A stretch of 64,000 nucleotides of DNA from an uncultured Gemmatimonadales bacterium (GTDB lineage: Bacteria; Gemmatimonadota; Gemmatimonadetes; Gemmatimonadales; Gemmatimonadaceae): the NCBI GenBank assembly GCA_963850905.1, contig CAWKMU010000004.1, positions 544,001 to 608,000 of the forward strand, given 5' to 3'. Position 1 is the stretch's first letter. Each line of letters opens with the position of its first letter. The notes under the pieces were generated by a model. That model did no database searches, was not told the origin of the DNA, and saw nothing but the letters and a program-made list of their open reading frames with translations. Position numbers and translations under genes: made by a program. Positions 9,504-19,482 of the stretch are shown piece after piece.

Positions 9504-10688
9504 ATGGGCTGGCGGACTATGGACATGTTGCGCGCCGTCTCGGTCGCGATCGGCGTGTACTTCGCGTTTCGCGCCATCTGGGCGGCGAGCACGGTCCTCC
9601 TCGTGGTCTTTCTCGGTATCCTGTTCGGACTTGCCGTGTCGGCCGGCGTCGACCAGCTCGCGGGCGCGCACCTAGGGCGCTGGCACCTGCCGCGCGCCGT
9701 GAGCGCCGCCGCGATCGTGCTCGGCCTTTTTGGATCGCTTGGTAGTATCGGCGCAGCAATGTATCCGACCCTGGCCGAGCAGGCCCAGGAGATCCAACGC
9801 CGGCTACCAGAGGCTGTGCGCAAGGTCTCCACGTGGACGACGGCCGAGGAGGGCGGAATCGTCCGCGCGATCGCCGGGCATCGCGCGGTCGATAGGGCAC
9901 TGCCAGGGCCCGCGATCCCCCGCCCTGCTGCCGCGAGCGGCCCCGATCGAGCGCCGCCCTCTGGCGACACATCCGATATCGCCGCACGGGTCTCCGACCA
10001 GGCGACCGCGCTGACCCGATTTCTGTTTGGTTTCGTCGGCTCGACCGTCGAGGTGATCGTCTACGCGCTCCTGATCCTCTTTGTGGGCGTCTATGTCGCG
10101 GCCGACCCCACCCTCTACCATCGCGGCCTGCTTCACCTGTTTCCGCACCGGGCACGCGAACGCGCCGGCGACGTCTTGAGCGCGATCGCGCTCGTACTCC
10201 GAAAATGGCTCGTGACGCAGGCGATCGCGATGCTCACGATTGCCGCCGTCTGGGCAGTGGCGCTCTCGCTCCTCGGGGTTAAAGCCGCGCTGGCCCTAGC
10301 TGTGATCGCGGGGTTCCTCGAGTTCGTGCCGACCATTGGGCCAACGCTCGCCGTGGTGCCGGCGCTTGCGATGGCACTGCTGGACTCGCCCCAGAAGGCA
10401 GCGTCGGTGCTCGTGGTCTATCTCATCATCCAAGGCATCGAGTCCAATATTCTGATCCCGATGCTTATGAAGGGGCAGATTCATCTCGCTCCCGCGCTCA
10501 CGATCGTGGCGCAGGCGCTCATGACCCTCGCGTTCGGCTTTTTGGGACTTATTGTCGCCGTCCCGCTGACGGCCGCGCTCATCGTCCCGGTCAAGCTGCT
10601 CTACGTCGAGGACGTGGTCGGCGACGGCATGACCGACGGTGAGACTGACCCCGCGAGCGCCATTCTGGTCGGACAGCTCGCGACGTAG
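9504..10688 (+). CDS. AI-2E family transporter (PerM/YhhT-like); start uncertain (9444 or 9504)
   Basis: Multiple TM helices, FVPTIGP, QGIESNILIP, GFLGLIVAVPL. Confidence 0.88.
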   Translation: MGWRTMDMLRAVSVAIGVYFAFRAIWAASTVLLVVFLGILFGLAVSAGVDQLAGAHLGRWHLPRAVSAAAIVLGLFGSLGSIGAAMYPTLAEQAQEIQRRLPEAVRKVSTWTTAEEGGIVRAIAGHRAVDRALPGPAIPRPAAASGPDRAPPSGDTSDIAARVSDQATALTRFLFGFVGSTVEVIVYALLILFVGVYVAADPTLYHRGLLHLFPHRARERAGDVLSAIALVLRKWLVTQAIAMLTIAAVWAVALSLLGVKAALALAVIAGFLEFVPTIGPTLAVVPALAMALLDSPQKAASVLVVYLIIQGIESNILIPMLMKGQIHLAPALTIVAQALMTLAFGFLGLIVAVPLTAALIVPVKLLYVEDVVGDGMTDGETDPASAILVGQLAT

Positions 10689-10820
10689 ACTCGGCAGGCG
10701 CCGCGCACACGCCCGCACCGCTCGAGGCGCAATGGTCCTCCTCGCCGGCTCCTGCGTCTCGATCCAAGACATATGACGGCCAATACAGTTGTCTCCTATA
10801 TCGTCGACTCCTATTCTCTA

Positions 10821-10849
10821 TTGACTTATCGCATTGCGCACAATATAAT
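10821..10849 (+). promoter_or_regulatory. sigma70 promoter with overlapping OhrR-like operator
   Basis: TTGACT (10821-10826), N17, TATAAT (10844-10849). Near-palindrome ATTGCGCACAAT at 10833-10844. Confidence 0.75.
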
Positions 10850-10935
10850 GGTAGGCGAGTGCTGAGGCCCGCACGCCACGGACTCGCCGAGTCGCGCGTG
10901 CCGCCACACTCTCGGCCCGGGAGGGCCCCGTGCGC

Positions 10936-11283
10936 ATGCAACGCTCTCTGCAGATCCTAACTGTTCTCACGACGCTCGCGACGGTCGTCGCGTGCGGAAC
11001 GTACGGGAGAGGGGTGAAGAGCCCGAGTCCCGAGTACGCCTCCACCACCGTCGTCTGGGACTCCGGTCCGATCGACCGGGACTACAATAGCCAGCGAACC
11101 GAATTAGACGCGCGGCACACTCAAGAGATCGCCAACCCACGAGCTGGCGAATCGTCGGATCAAATGAAGGACCGGCAAGGAGCAGAGAGCAAGGACCTCG
11201 ATGCGCGATACGCAGCGGGCAAAGCGTCTCACTCCGATAGCGTGCCGGCGTCGGATCATGGACACGACGACAAGTCTCGCTAG
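10936..11283 (+). CDS. Hypothetical lipoprotein, hydrophilic
   Basis: Signal peptide with lipobox VVAC; charged helical body; lies directly behind the 10821 promoter. Confidence 0.65.
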   Translation: MQRSLQILTVLTTLATVVACGTYGRGVKSPSPEYASTTVVWDSGPIDRDYNSQRTELDARHTQEIANPRAGESSDQMKDRQGAESKDLDARYAAGKASHSDSVPASDHGHDDKSR

Positions 11284-11373
11284 CCCGAGGCGGGTGGACG
11301 TGGATCGTGCGGTGTGACCGCACGATCCCGTGCGGAGAGGGGACGAGAAGATTCCCTTAAGGTGGAGGCTGCA

Positions 11374-11763
11374 ATGACGTGGAAATGGAGTGCCCGCGGA
11401 CACCTCTTGAGCATGGGGGTGGTGCTATCGTTGCTCGCCAGCTCGGCATGTGCATCACATCCACCCTACCAGCATCCGGATCTACGCACGGACTCCCACG
11501 GCGACGTCGTGAATCAACATCCGGGCGATGCCGCTCGCTCTACGCGCCAGGCACCGCCCCCGGCTCAGCACGCAACGCCGCCGGCGCAACCTGGGCCGGA
11601 GTACAGCTGGGGGTCGGGCCAATACAGCTGGGACAGCAACGACTTCCAATCCCGTGGCGGCGGGTGGGCCGTTCCACCCACCGGGTATTACGCCTGGACC
11701 GCGGGCAGCTGGGAAAAAAGCCGCACCGACAACTGGGTCTATGTCGAAGGCCACTGGCAGTAG
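11374..11763 (+). CDS. Lipoprotein with degenerate YXWGXW repeats
   Basis: SSAC lipobox; EYSWGSGQYSW, YYAWTAGSW, WVYVEGHWQ. RBS GGAGG. Confidence 0.75.
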   Translation: MTWKWSARGHLLSMGVVLSLLASSACASHPPYQHPDLRTDSHGDVVNQHPGDAARSTRQAPPPAQHATPPAQPGPEYSWGSGQYSWDSNDFQSRGGGWAVPPTGYYAWTAGSWEKSRTDNWVYVEGHWQ

Positions 11764-11853
11764 GAGCGAAGTGTCGATAGCAGCGGTCCATTGTTGGTTA
11801 GTCCGCCTTCCCGTGATGCGATCTGGCGCGTACCTCAAACATCAGGAGCTCCA

Positions 11854-12003
11854 ATGTTGTTCACAATCGCGGCCGTGCTCTTCATCCTCTGGATCTTAGG
11901 ATTCGGTGTATTCCACGTGGCAGGTGGCTTGATTCACTTGCTCCTGGTTCTGGCGGTCATTTCACTACTCTGGCAATTGATTGCTGGGCGACGGGCAGTC
12001 TAG
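11854..12003 (+). CDS. lmo0937 family (DUF5670) small membrane protein
   Basis: [17 protein letters not shown]...[14 protein letters not shown]...GRRAV. RBS AGGAG. Confidence 0.85.
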   Translation: MLFTIAAVLFILWILGFGVFHVAGGLIHLLLVLAVISLLWQLIAGRRAV

Positions 12004-12029
12004 TGCAAACCGCGAACCGAGGCCGTACC

Positions 12030-12632
12030 ATGCGCTCCATCGCCCTGCTGCGAGGCGGTATGAAGGTCACGATGGGAGTGCTTGCGTCGCTGCTGTTGCT
12101 GTCCGCGCCGGCGGCTGCGCAAGAGAGAAGTGGCGGCGATCACGGTGGCCAGGAAGGCGGAGCCGGCGGCCACACGGTCGGCGGTGGACACATTCCCGCG
12201 CATGGTCCCGTCGCGTTCAAGGGCGGACAACATGCGGGCGAACCACACGGGCCCCCGAAGGGACAAGCGTTCGTGGATCAGCCGGGACACCCGAACGCCC
12301 CTCACGTTCACGCCGACAATGATGAGTGGGTCGGTCGAACGGCGCCCAATGATCCGCATTACCACCTGGATCATCCGTGGCAGTACGGACACTTCACCGG
12401 GGGGTTCGGGCCGACCCATACGTTTCGCTTGGCCGGTGGCGGCCCCGGTCGGTTCTGGTTCGGGGGCAACTACTTCAGTGTCGCGCCCTACAATGTTGGC
12501 TACGCCGGTGACTGGCTGTGGAACTCCGACCAGATCGTGATTTACGAGGACCCCGATCAGGTAGGGTGGGAGCTAGCGTATAACCCGAGGCTGGGGACGT
12601 ATGTCCATGTGATGTATCTCGGGAACCACTAA
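12030..12632 (+). CDS. Secreted Gly/His-rich hypothetical protein
   Basis: Signal peptide (APAAAQ), [19 protein letters not shown], aromatic C-terminal domain. Confidence 0.7.
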   Translation: MRSIALLRGGMKVTMGVLASLLLLSAPAAAQERSGGDHGGQEGGAGGHTVGGGHIPAHGPVAFKGGQHAGEPHGPPKGQAFVDQPGHPNAPHVHADNDEWVGRTAPNDPHYHLDHPWQYGHFTGGFGPTHTFRLAGGGPGRFWFGGNYFSVAPYNVGYAGDWLWNSDQIVIYEDPDQVGWELAYNPRLGTYVHVMYLGNH

Positions 12633-12676
12633 CGAGACACAGTGAGCCCGCGGTCACTCGCAGCACTGAGAGTCTC

Positions 12677-12850
12677 ATGACGATCCCGCTCTTCTCCGCA
12701 CCCGTTGGACCCATCACGGAACACCGCCGGCGCCGGCGGCGATGGCAGCGACGACGACATTGGGGCACGGTGCTGCTCAGACGGGCCGTCGTGTTGGAGG
12801 CGGGGGCCTTGGTTGCGCTGGTGATCTGCATCGTCCTGGTGCTGGACTAA
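12677..12850 (+). CDS. Putative 57-aa Arg-rich single-pass membrane protein (below ORF-track cutoff)
   Basis: MTIPLFSAPVGPITEHRRRRRRWQRRRHWGTVLLRRAVVLEAGALVALVICIVLVLD*. Same strand as the upstream operon. Confidence 0.4.
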   Translation: MTIPLFSAPVGPITEHRRRRRRWQRRRHWGTVLLRRAVVLEAGALVALVICIVLVLD

Positions 12851-13025
12851 CGACCGACACTGCAACATCAGTCCCCCGGCCGACTCGACGACGCGCATTG
12901 TCCTTATGCAATGGCGCGCGACGGTGAGTCGGCCAGGGGAGCTCCCAGCGCCGCGGGACCGCATCCGCCAATCGAATGACGAGCGATCGACTACATCAGG
13001 CGCTTGGACCCCCTTGCACGTGTGG

Positions 13026-14933
13026 TCAACCCGGCACCGCACATGGCATGGTCAACGTGAACGTTGAGCCGACGCCAAGGGTGCTGACGACCGTGACATC
13101 GCCGCCCATCGCTCTCGCCAGATCGCGGCTGATGGCGAGGCCGAGTCCCGTACCTTCGTCCGTCCCCGTCAGCCGCCGGCCAACCTGGACGAACGGCTCG
13201 AAGAGCGTCTTGATGTGCTCGGCCGCGATCCCGCGCCCGGTGTCGCACACGGTCAGGTCGACCGCGGCCGCCGTTCCGGATCGGGAGATTGAGGTCGCGT
13301 CGTGGACGCGACGCCGACGGTCGGACGGTATAGCCGCCAGTGTGATGCTGCCGCCGGCGTCTGTGAACTTGATCGCGTTGGACAGCAGATTGAGCAGGAT
13401 CTGGAGCACTTTCTCCAGATCCCCGTGGAGAACGAGCGTGGGGACGCAGGGCGTGCGCACGAACGCAAGGCCTTTTGCCGACGCCAGCGGCTCGACCATC
13501 TGCGCGGCGCCGTCGAGTACCTCGCTCACGGGGCTGTCCACATTGACGAACGGAACCTCCCGCGATTTGAGCCTTGCGAAGTTCAGTACGTTGTTGATGA
13601 GGCCGAGCAGGTGCTTACCTGCCGTTTGGATTCGACCCAGCGCGTCCAGCTGCGCCACGGTTACCGGCCCGCGCAGGCCAATCGCGACGAGTTCCGTGTA
13701 CCCCAGAATCGCGTTCAGCGGTGTGCGCAGCTCGTGGCTCATCGACGTGAGAAACGAGGTCTTGACCTGATTGGCGTGCTCCGCGTCTTTGCGCGCAGTG
13801 TCCGAGCGCGCGCGAGCGGCGTCGGCGCTGATTTGCGCTAGACGCACTCCATCGTAGCGACGCGCACCGTCCAGGAGATCCGCGCAACGGCTCGCGAGAT
13901 CCTCCGCCAGTTGGACATCGTCCACCGTATAAGGGACGGCCCCGATCGGATTCACGAACGTGATCGCGCCGCGGAGTCGTTTGTGAATAATGAGCGGCAC
14001 GACGAGGAGGGTCCCGAGCCCGAGCGCTCGCAGCAGACGCAGATTATCCGGACCGTGCGCCGCGTCCGCGAGCACGGCGTCGATGTCGGTGTCCACAATC
14101 GTCGAAGCCCGCGTCTCCGCGATGAGCGACACGCCCAGCGGATCGCCCGGGGCTGGCGACCAGTGCTGGTCGAGCTCCTGCACGATGGCCGTTTTCATCG
14201 GGTCGGGGTGCACAATGGGCAGCCGCCACCACGAGCCATCGGGCTGGTCGACATCGACGATGGACCAGGCGCCGACCTTCGGGAGGGCAACCGTCGCGAT
14301 TGCCCCATAGACGCCCTCGAGGTCGAACGAGACGCCCAGGCGGCGACTCTCGTCAGCCAGGAATACCGCTCGGGCTCGGGCGCGGTCGGCGCCTTGGGCG
14401 ACGTCCTGCTCCCGCAAGGCGGCAAAGAGGAGGCGCTCCGTGATCGCCCGCTGACGCGAGCGTGCGTCCTCCCGGCGACGAGTGGCTCGGACCGTGACCA
14501 CCAGACAATCCAACCGACCGCCATCCTCCACGACGGGCCACAAATCACAGCACCACGTCGTGCGACGCGCCGGCGATTCGGCCCCGGGCGGGAATCCCAA
14601 GTGCGCGTCGTGCACGGCGACACCGTCGCGTCGGACTCGATCGAGAAGCCCCTTCAGCCCTTCGTACTCGGCGGACGGCAGCGCGTCCTCAATGGGCGCC
14701 CCGCAGTCGGCGCGACCGCCAGCGGTCTCACTGAGTCGTCGAAACGCCGCATTGGCGAACACAAGCACGTGCGCCGCCCCACTCACGACCGCCGACGGCA
14801 GCGGCGCGCACTCCAGGTGCGCGTGCGCGAGGCGCACCGACTCCTCGCTAGCGGTCGGCACACAACGCTCCAGGGAGGCGACCGGGCTCCCGACCGGCGC
14901 CAGGCGCGGTGGATGCGGCGTGACTGTAACCAT
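13026..14933 (-). CDS. Cytoplasmic sensor histidine kinase (PAS-like + GAF + HisKA + HATPase)
   Basis: H-box MSHELRTPLN, NLLSNAIKFT, DTGRGI, GTGLGLAI. ATG overlaps the kaiC-like stop (TGATG). Confidence 0.92.
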   Translation of the reverse strand: MVTVTPHPPRLAPVGSPVASLERCVPTASEESVRLAHAHLECAPLPSAVVSGAAHVLVFANAAFRRLSETAGGRADCGAPIEDALPSAEYEGLKGLLDRVRRDGVAVHDAHLGFPPGAESPARRTTWCCDLWPVVEDGGRLDCLVVTVRATRRREDARSRQRAITERLLFAALREQDVAQGADRARARAVFLADESRRLGVSFDLEGVYGAIATVALPKVGAWSIVDVDQPDGSWWRLPIVHPDPMKTAIVQELDQHWSPAPGDPLGVSLIAETRASTIVDTDIDAVLADAAHGPDNLRLLRALGLGTLLVVPLIIHKRLRGAITFVNPIGAVPYTVDDVQLAEDLASRCADLLDGARRYDGVRLAQISADAARARSDTARKDAEHANQVKTSFLTSMSHELRTPLNAILGYTELVAIGLRGPVTVAQLDALGRIQTAGKHLLGLINNVLNFARLKSREVPFVNVDSPVSEVLDGAAQMVEPLASAKGLAFVRTPCVPTLVLHGDLEKVLQILLNLLSNAIKFTDAGGSITLAAIPSDRRRRVHDATSISRSGTAAAVDLTVCDTGRGIAAEHIKTLFEPFVQVGRRLTGTDEGTGLGLAISRDLARAMGGDVTVVSTLGVGSTFTLTMPCAVPG

Positions 14934-16682
14934 CAAGTCCGCCGGCTCGCTGCCGTCGATGCGGCGGATTCCTGGTCTCCGTGCGCGACAGCCCGATACC
15001 TCCGCCGTTGCGGCTCACCCACCTCGCTCGCGTAGTCCAGTGCGATCAGTCGCTCCAACACCCCAGTGACGTCTCCGTCGGCCATACCAGCCTGCCTCGC
15101 GAGCAGGTCCGGCGATGCCTCGCGGAGCCGAATCAGCACGTCGAGGATCGTGCCTTCTCGCTCCGTGAGTCCGGCGTAGCCCGCACGGCGCACGCGCTGC
15201 TGGCGATCGGGGACGCCAGTAGTGATGCCGTGATAATCCTCGAGCCGCTGCCCAATGACCGCGCCGCGCGCACCGATCTCGTAGGTCCGATAGTCCCGAC
15301 TGTGCTGGCTGCCGCGCATCTTGACCACCACGAGCACGGGCCGGAGCTCGCCGGCGATTTCCACATATCGCTGCACGATGATGTCGTCCGTGATGAAGGA
15401 CACACGCTCGAGTGTGACACTCGTCGTGGGAAATGCCGGCGTTTCGGCGGTCATGACGACGGTGACGCCCGTCGCCGTGAGCGCGCCGACGAGGCGATAC
15501 AGCGACTCTCGGAAGTCCTCCCGAAAGGTGGGCGCGAGCGCCACCTCGAAACCCGATAACGAATCGATGACCACGCGTGTTGCGCCGAGCCGCTCGACCT
15601 CATCCAGAATCGCCGCCAGCGTCTCATCAACGGAGAGGTCCAGTGGCCGCAGATAGATCAGCGCCAACTTGCCGCGCTCGACCATCGCTGCGAGATCGAT
15701 GTCCAGCGCTTTCGCTCTCGCCAGGTACGCTTCCGGGTATTCCTCGAAGACGACCGCCACCCCAGCTTCACCCCGCGTGAGACCCTCGGCCAGGAACTGC
15801 GTGGCGAACGTCGTCTTCCCGCTGCCCGCCGGACCGCTCAACAAGACGGCGTCGCCCGCAGGGTATCCGCCACCGGTCATCGCATCGAGTCCCGGTACGC
15901 CCGTCGCGAGCCGCTCGGTGCGACGCGGCCGTCGCGCTTCTTGCTGCTCCGGAATACGCGGGAAGACCCGGATGCCGGTGTCGGTGATGCGAAAGCTGTG
16001 CAGCCCCGGCATCGACGATCGCCCGCGCACCTTGACTGCCTGGACCTTGCGAACGACGGAGTTGCGGTCCAGGACCTGCGACAGCCAAAAGAATGCCATC
16101 GGCCACGGTGAAGACGGGATTCTGCAGCTCGGGCTCAACGTATTCGCCGATCAGGAAAGAGGTGACTTCCCAGGTCGTCAGGTGAAGCGCCAGCCGCTGG
16201 ACGAACTGGTCCAGTCCCATCGCGTCCGCGCCGTTGGCGTCACGTGCCTGCAGCCCGAGGGTGCGGAACGAGTCGACGACGACGAGCCCGGGGTTGGCCT
16301 GCTCGACTTCGTCGACAATTCGCTTGAGCACGGCGGCAAGGTCGTGCCGCAGCACTTCCTCGGTCAGATTAATGAAGCGCACCGCAGACCCAACGAGCTC
16401 GGGCCGGAAGAAGCGAAACTGGCGCTGGTAGCGAATCATCTTGAGCGTCGGCTCGCCGAGGACCGTGAAATACAGCGCCGGCCGCTCGACGGTCGCGTTG
16501 TGAAAGACGATCTGTTGCGCCAGCGTGGTCTTCCCCGCGCCAGGGCCGCCGGCGACAAGATTGAACGAGAATTCCGGCAGGCCGCCGCGTAGCACTGCAT
16601 CGAGACCTGGCACCCCAGTCGCCAACGATCCGATCAACGACCGGTCCGCGACGCCCTCGTCAATCGACATGAGGTGAATCAC
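14933..16682 (-). pseudogene. KaiC-like double-domain ATPase with C-terminal winged helix; split by a +1 insertion near 16087-16090 (error or pseudogene)
   Basis: N-half ORF 15768-16682 (TGVPGLD, GGPGAGKT) and C-half ORF 14933-16138 (TGVPGLD, GPAGSGKT, VFEE, KMRGS). Removing one T from ATT CTT TTG G restores TVADGILWLSQ and gives about 582 aa. Confidence 0.85.
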
Positions 16683-17131
16683 GGCATACCTCGATTGTGG
16701 CGCCCGCTCGCACGAGTCGTGGCGGGCGTGAGCGCGCCGTGGTCCAGCAGGCCAAGCGCCATATCGTCTCCGATGAGGCGGCCGAGGAGCTCGATGAGTG
16801 CCGAGAGCACAGCGGCAGCGCCGTCGTTTGCCGCCGCGGCCCCGTGGCGGAGGGCGCCCTCAGTCAATCCATCCAGGCAGTAGACCGACCCGGCGCTGAT
16901 TCGTACCGTCTCGAGCACGGGGTGTCCGCCTGCCACCTGAGCGGCCGCGAGCGCGCGAGCAAAGAGCGCACGGCACCCATCCGTTCCCATCCAACGCGAC
17001 AACTCATCCGATACGCGGTGGCAGACGCGGTCCGCGGCTCCCGTCGTATCGGCGCCGAGCGGTATTGACGCCTCTCGGGTAAGGAGCTTGGATGCGAGCG
17101 CTCGTGCGGCTACTTCGGTGGGTGGCGGCAC
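16679..17131 (-). CDS. Hypothetical helical protein translationally coupled to the kaiC-like gene
   Basis: GTG 17131 with GGAGG RBS. Its stop overlaps the kaiC-like start (GTGA). Confidence 0.7.
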   Translation of the reverse strand: MPPPTEVAARALASKLLTREASIPLGADTTGAADRVCHRVSDELSRWMGTDGCRALFARALAAAQVAGGHPVLETVRISAGSVYCLDGLTEGALRHGAAAANDGAAAVLSALIELLGRLIGDDMALGLLDHGALTPATTRASGRHNRGMP

Positions 17132-17324
17132 GTGGCGTGCCTCCCCGGGTAACGACCGCCGCAGCGCCACGAGCGTGCGACATTTCGACTGGCGCTGGTA
17201 CAGAGGACCTGTTGCGCCCAACTGGCGGCGACTACATAGGTCAGCCTCAGCAATATACCGCCGCGCGCCGGATTTAGCGAGCATCGCCGGATTTCGCGAG
17301 CTCCGGCGGAGGACGAGACGCGGC

Positions 17325-17478
17325 GGCCGGCCGTCGTGAAACTGCACGCGACGCTCGTATTCGTCGACGCTGGGAGGCTGTCCGGCGCGTTGGCGACGGC
17401 GGTGAAGTGCACGTTGTCGTTGACGCTACCGAATACCCACGTCACTGACGTGCGCACAGCAACCGTGTCGGGCGTGGA
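17325..17478 (-). pseudogene. Remnant of a plastocyanin/cupredoxin-like gene
   Basis: TPDTVAVRTSVTWVFGSVNDNVHF..NAP....TNTSVACSFTTAG aligns by eye to the 53703-54089 product. No signal peptide and no Cu ligands. Confidence 0.5.
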
Positions 17479-17493
17479 CAATCGCAACGACCG

Positions 17494-17760
17494 TCAGTCT
17501 CGCTTGCCTGCGAGGAGGCGGCCGAGAACCAGCCCGATGGCACCGGCGATCAACAAAGAGCGGAACGGATGCGTCCGCGTCTGGCGCCTAATGGCACCGC
17601 GGGCCGCGTCGAGGTCGACGTCCCCCGCCATCTCTTCCACTCGATCACGCACGTTGACCGCAGCGTCCGACACGCTCTTGCCCGCGCTTGCCGCTTTCCG
17701 TTCTACTCGGCCCATAAACTCCTTGGCCTCATCCCTCACGTCTTCGAGTTTCCCCGCCAT
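17494..17760 (-). CDS. DUF883/ElaB-YqjD family tail-anchored protein
   Basis: Charged helix followed by HPFRSLLIAGAIGLVLGRLL. RBS AGGGAGG. Confidence 0.8.
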   Translation of the reverse strand: MAGKLEDVRDEAKEFMGRVERKAASAGKSVSDAAVNVRDRVEEMAGDVDLDAARGAIRRQTRTHPFRSLLIAGAIGLVLGRLLAGKRD

Positions 17761-17854
17761 CGTGACCTCCCTTCTGCTCACTGTGAAAACCGCGCCCGCA
17801 CTCGGGCGAACTCGGTAGGCTTTGACGACACGCTCGGTCTCACCTACCTGCCTA

Positions 17855-18064
17855 CTACACGGCTTCGCGGCGTCCGGCCGCGACCAACACGACGCCTACC
17901 ACCAACGCGAAGGCCCCTGCCGCAGGTGTGATAAACCCCTTCTTCGCGCTGGACACCTGAACCGGACCGATGTCCGTGCTGTGCCGACTCTTCGTGTAGC
18001 TGAGTCCGCCGTAGGCGATCACCACACCGCCCAACACGATGAGCAGAATGCCGACTAATCGCAT
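17855..18064 (-). CDS. Small two-TM membrane protein (DUF3185-like), copy 1
   Basis: Two hydrophobic helices flanking SYTKSRHSTDIGPVQVS. Paralog at 37747-37956. Confidence 0.8.
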   Translation of the reverse strand: MRLVGILLIVLGGVVIAYGGLSYTKSRHSTDIGPVQVSSAKKGFITPAAGAFALVVGVVLVAAGRREAV

Positions 18065-18235
18065 TCATCCCTTCCTTTGCATGGGTTGGGGCAGGCGCCG
18101 CGGGCATCCGCGTAGCAACCCGAGCGCGCCTTCACCGGACGTGTATCTCGACAAGGCCTCCAGCGACTCCGCTACGCCCGAGTGCGGACTGTGGGCAATA
18201 ATATAGTACACAGTGTGTTTATTAGCAATTAGCTC

Positions 18236-18264
18236 TTGACACATTTAATTGTGAACAATATTAT
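18236..18264 (+). promoter_or_regulatory. sigma70 promoter with overlapping OhrR-like operator
   Basis: TTGACA (18236-18241), N17, TATTAT (18259-18264). ATTGTGAACAAT at 18248-18259. Confidence 0.75.
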
Positions 18265-18309
18265 AGGACAGTGAATGATGAGACGTACTATTTCCATGGA
18301 AAGGGGCTT

Positions 18310-19482
18310 ATGCAAAGGAAGCAACGCGTGACCGCGGCGAGTGGCTCTCTCGTGTTCGCATGGGCGGCACTAGCCGCCTGTAGCTCGTACGGCGGTCCGC
18401 CGCCAAGCGGGGATGTCGCGCCCAGCTACAGCACGGCCAGCGCATCGATTACCGTCGGGCCGCCTGACCTACCCGTCTACGAGCAGCCGGTGTGTCCCGG
18501 CGACGGGTATGTCTGGACGCCCGGCTATTGGGCCTGGGGCAGTGCGGACTACTACTGGGTGCCCGGCACATGGGTGGAGGCGCCACAAGCTGGCTACCTC
18601 TGGACTCCTGGATATTGGGGCTGGGGCGGCAGCGCGTTCGTTTTCCATGAGGGCTACTGGGGCGAGCAGGTCGGGTTCTACGGTGGGATCAACTACGGCT
18701 ACGGCTACTCCGGCCAGGGATATGACGGCGGCCGTTGGGACAACGGACACTTCGCCTATAACCGCTCGGTCAGCAATGTCGACGTGAACGTCGTTCACAA
18801 CGTGTACAACACGACGGTTGTGAATAACACCACGACGATTGTGAATAACACGACGACTCGCGTGAGCTACAACGGCGGAAACGGCGGCGTCACCGCACGC
18901 GCGACAGCCGAGGAGCAGACTGCTGCACAGGGGAGACACATCCCCCCAGTCGCTGCGCAAACCGCGCACGTCCAGGCTGCCCGCTCCAACCCGCAGTTGC
19001 AGGCTTCCGCGAACCACGGTAAACCGCCGATCGCCGCGACGTCCAAACCGGGAGCGCTGAATGAGCCCGGGGTGGTGGCGGCTACAGAGGCGGGGGCGAT
19101 GCATAATTCGCCTGCTGTGGCAGTGAACAATGACCCGCGGCCCAGCACGGCGGTGCACCCGAACGACCTGCCGCCTGTCGAGCACCCGGTCGCCGCTAGT
19201 ACAGGGAACCCGAAGCTGGACCAGCAATACCAGCAACAGCAAGCCAAGCTAGTCGCGCAACAGAACCAGGACCGTGTCAAGCTCCAGCAGAAACAGGATC
19301 AGGACCACCAGCGGTTGGCGCAACAGAAGGCTGATGCTGCGACGACACAGAAGCTGGAGCAGCAGCACGCGCAACAGACGCAGCAGTTGGCGCAAAAACA
19401 TGCCCAGCAGTTGGCGACGTTGAAAGCGCACCAGCAACCACCGCACCAAGATCAGGCGGTTGCGACGAAGGACAAACCATAA
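18310..19482 (+). CDS. YXWGXW-repeat lipoprotein with Gln-rich C-terminal tail
   Basis: LAAC lipobox; GYVWTPGYWAW, YYWVPGTW, GYLWTPGYWGW; Q-rich tail. Confidence 0.88.
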   Translation: MQRKQRVTAASGSLVFAWAALAACSSYGGPPPSGDVAPSYSTASASITVGPPDLPVYEQPVCPGDGYVWTPGYWAWGSADYYWVPGTWVEAPQAGYLWTPGYWGWGGSAFVFHEGYWGEQVGFYGGINYGYGYSGQGYDGGRWDNGHFAYNRSVSNVDVNVVHNVYNTTVVNNTTTIVNNTTTRVSYNGGNGGVTARATAEEQTAAQGRHIPPVAAQTAHVQAARSNPQLQASANHGKPPIAATSKPGALNEPGVVAATEAGAMHNSPAVAVNNDPRPSTAVHPNDLPPVEHPVAASTGNPKLDQQYQQQQAKLVAQQNQDRVKLQQKQDQDHQRLAQQKADAATTQKLEQQHAQQTQQLAQKHAQQLATLKAHQQPPHQDQAVATKDKP

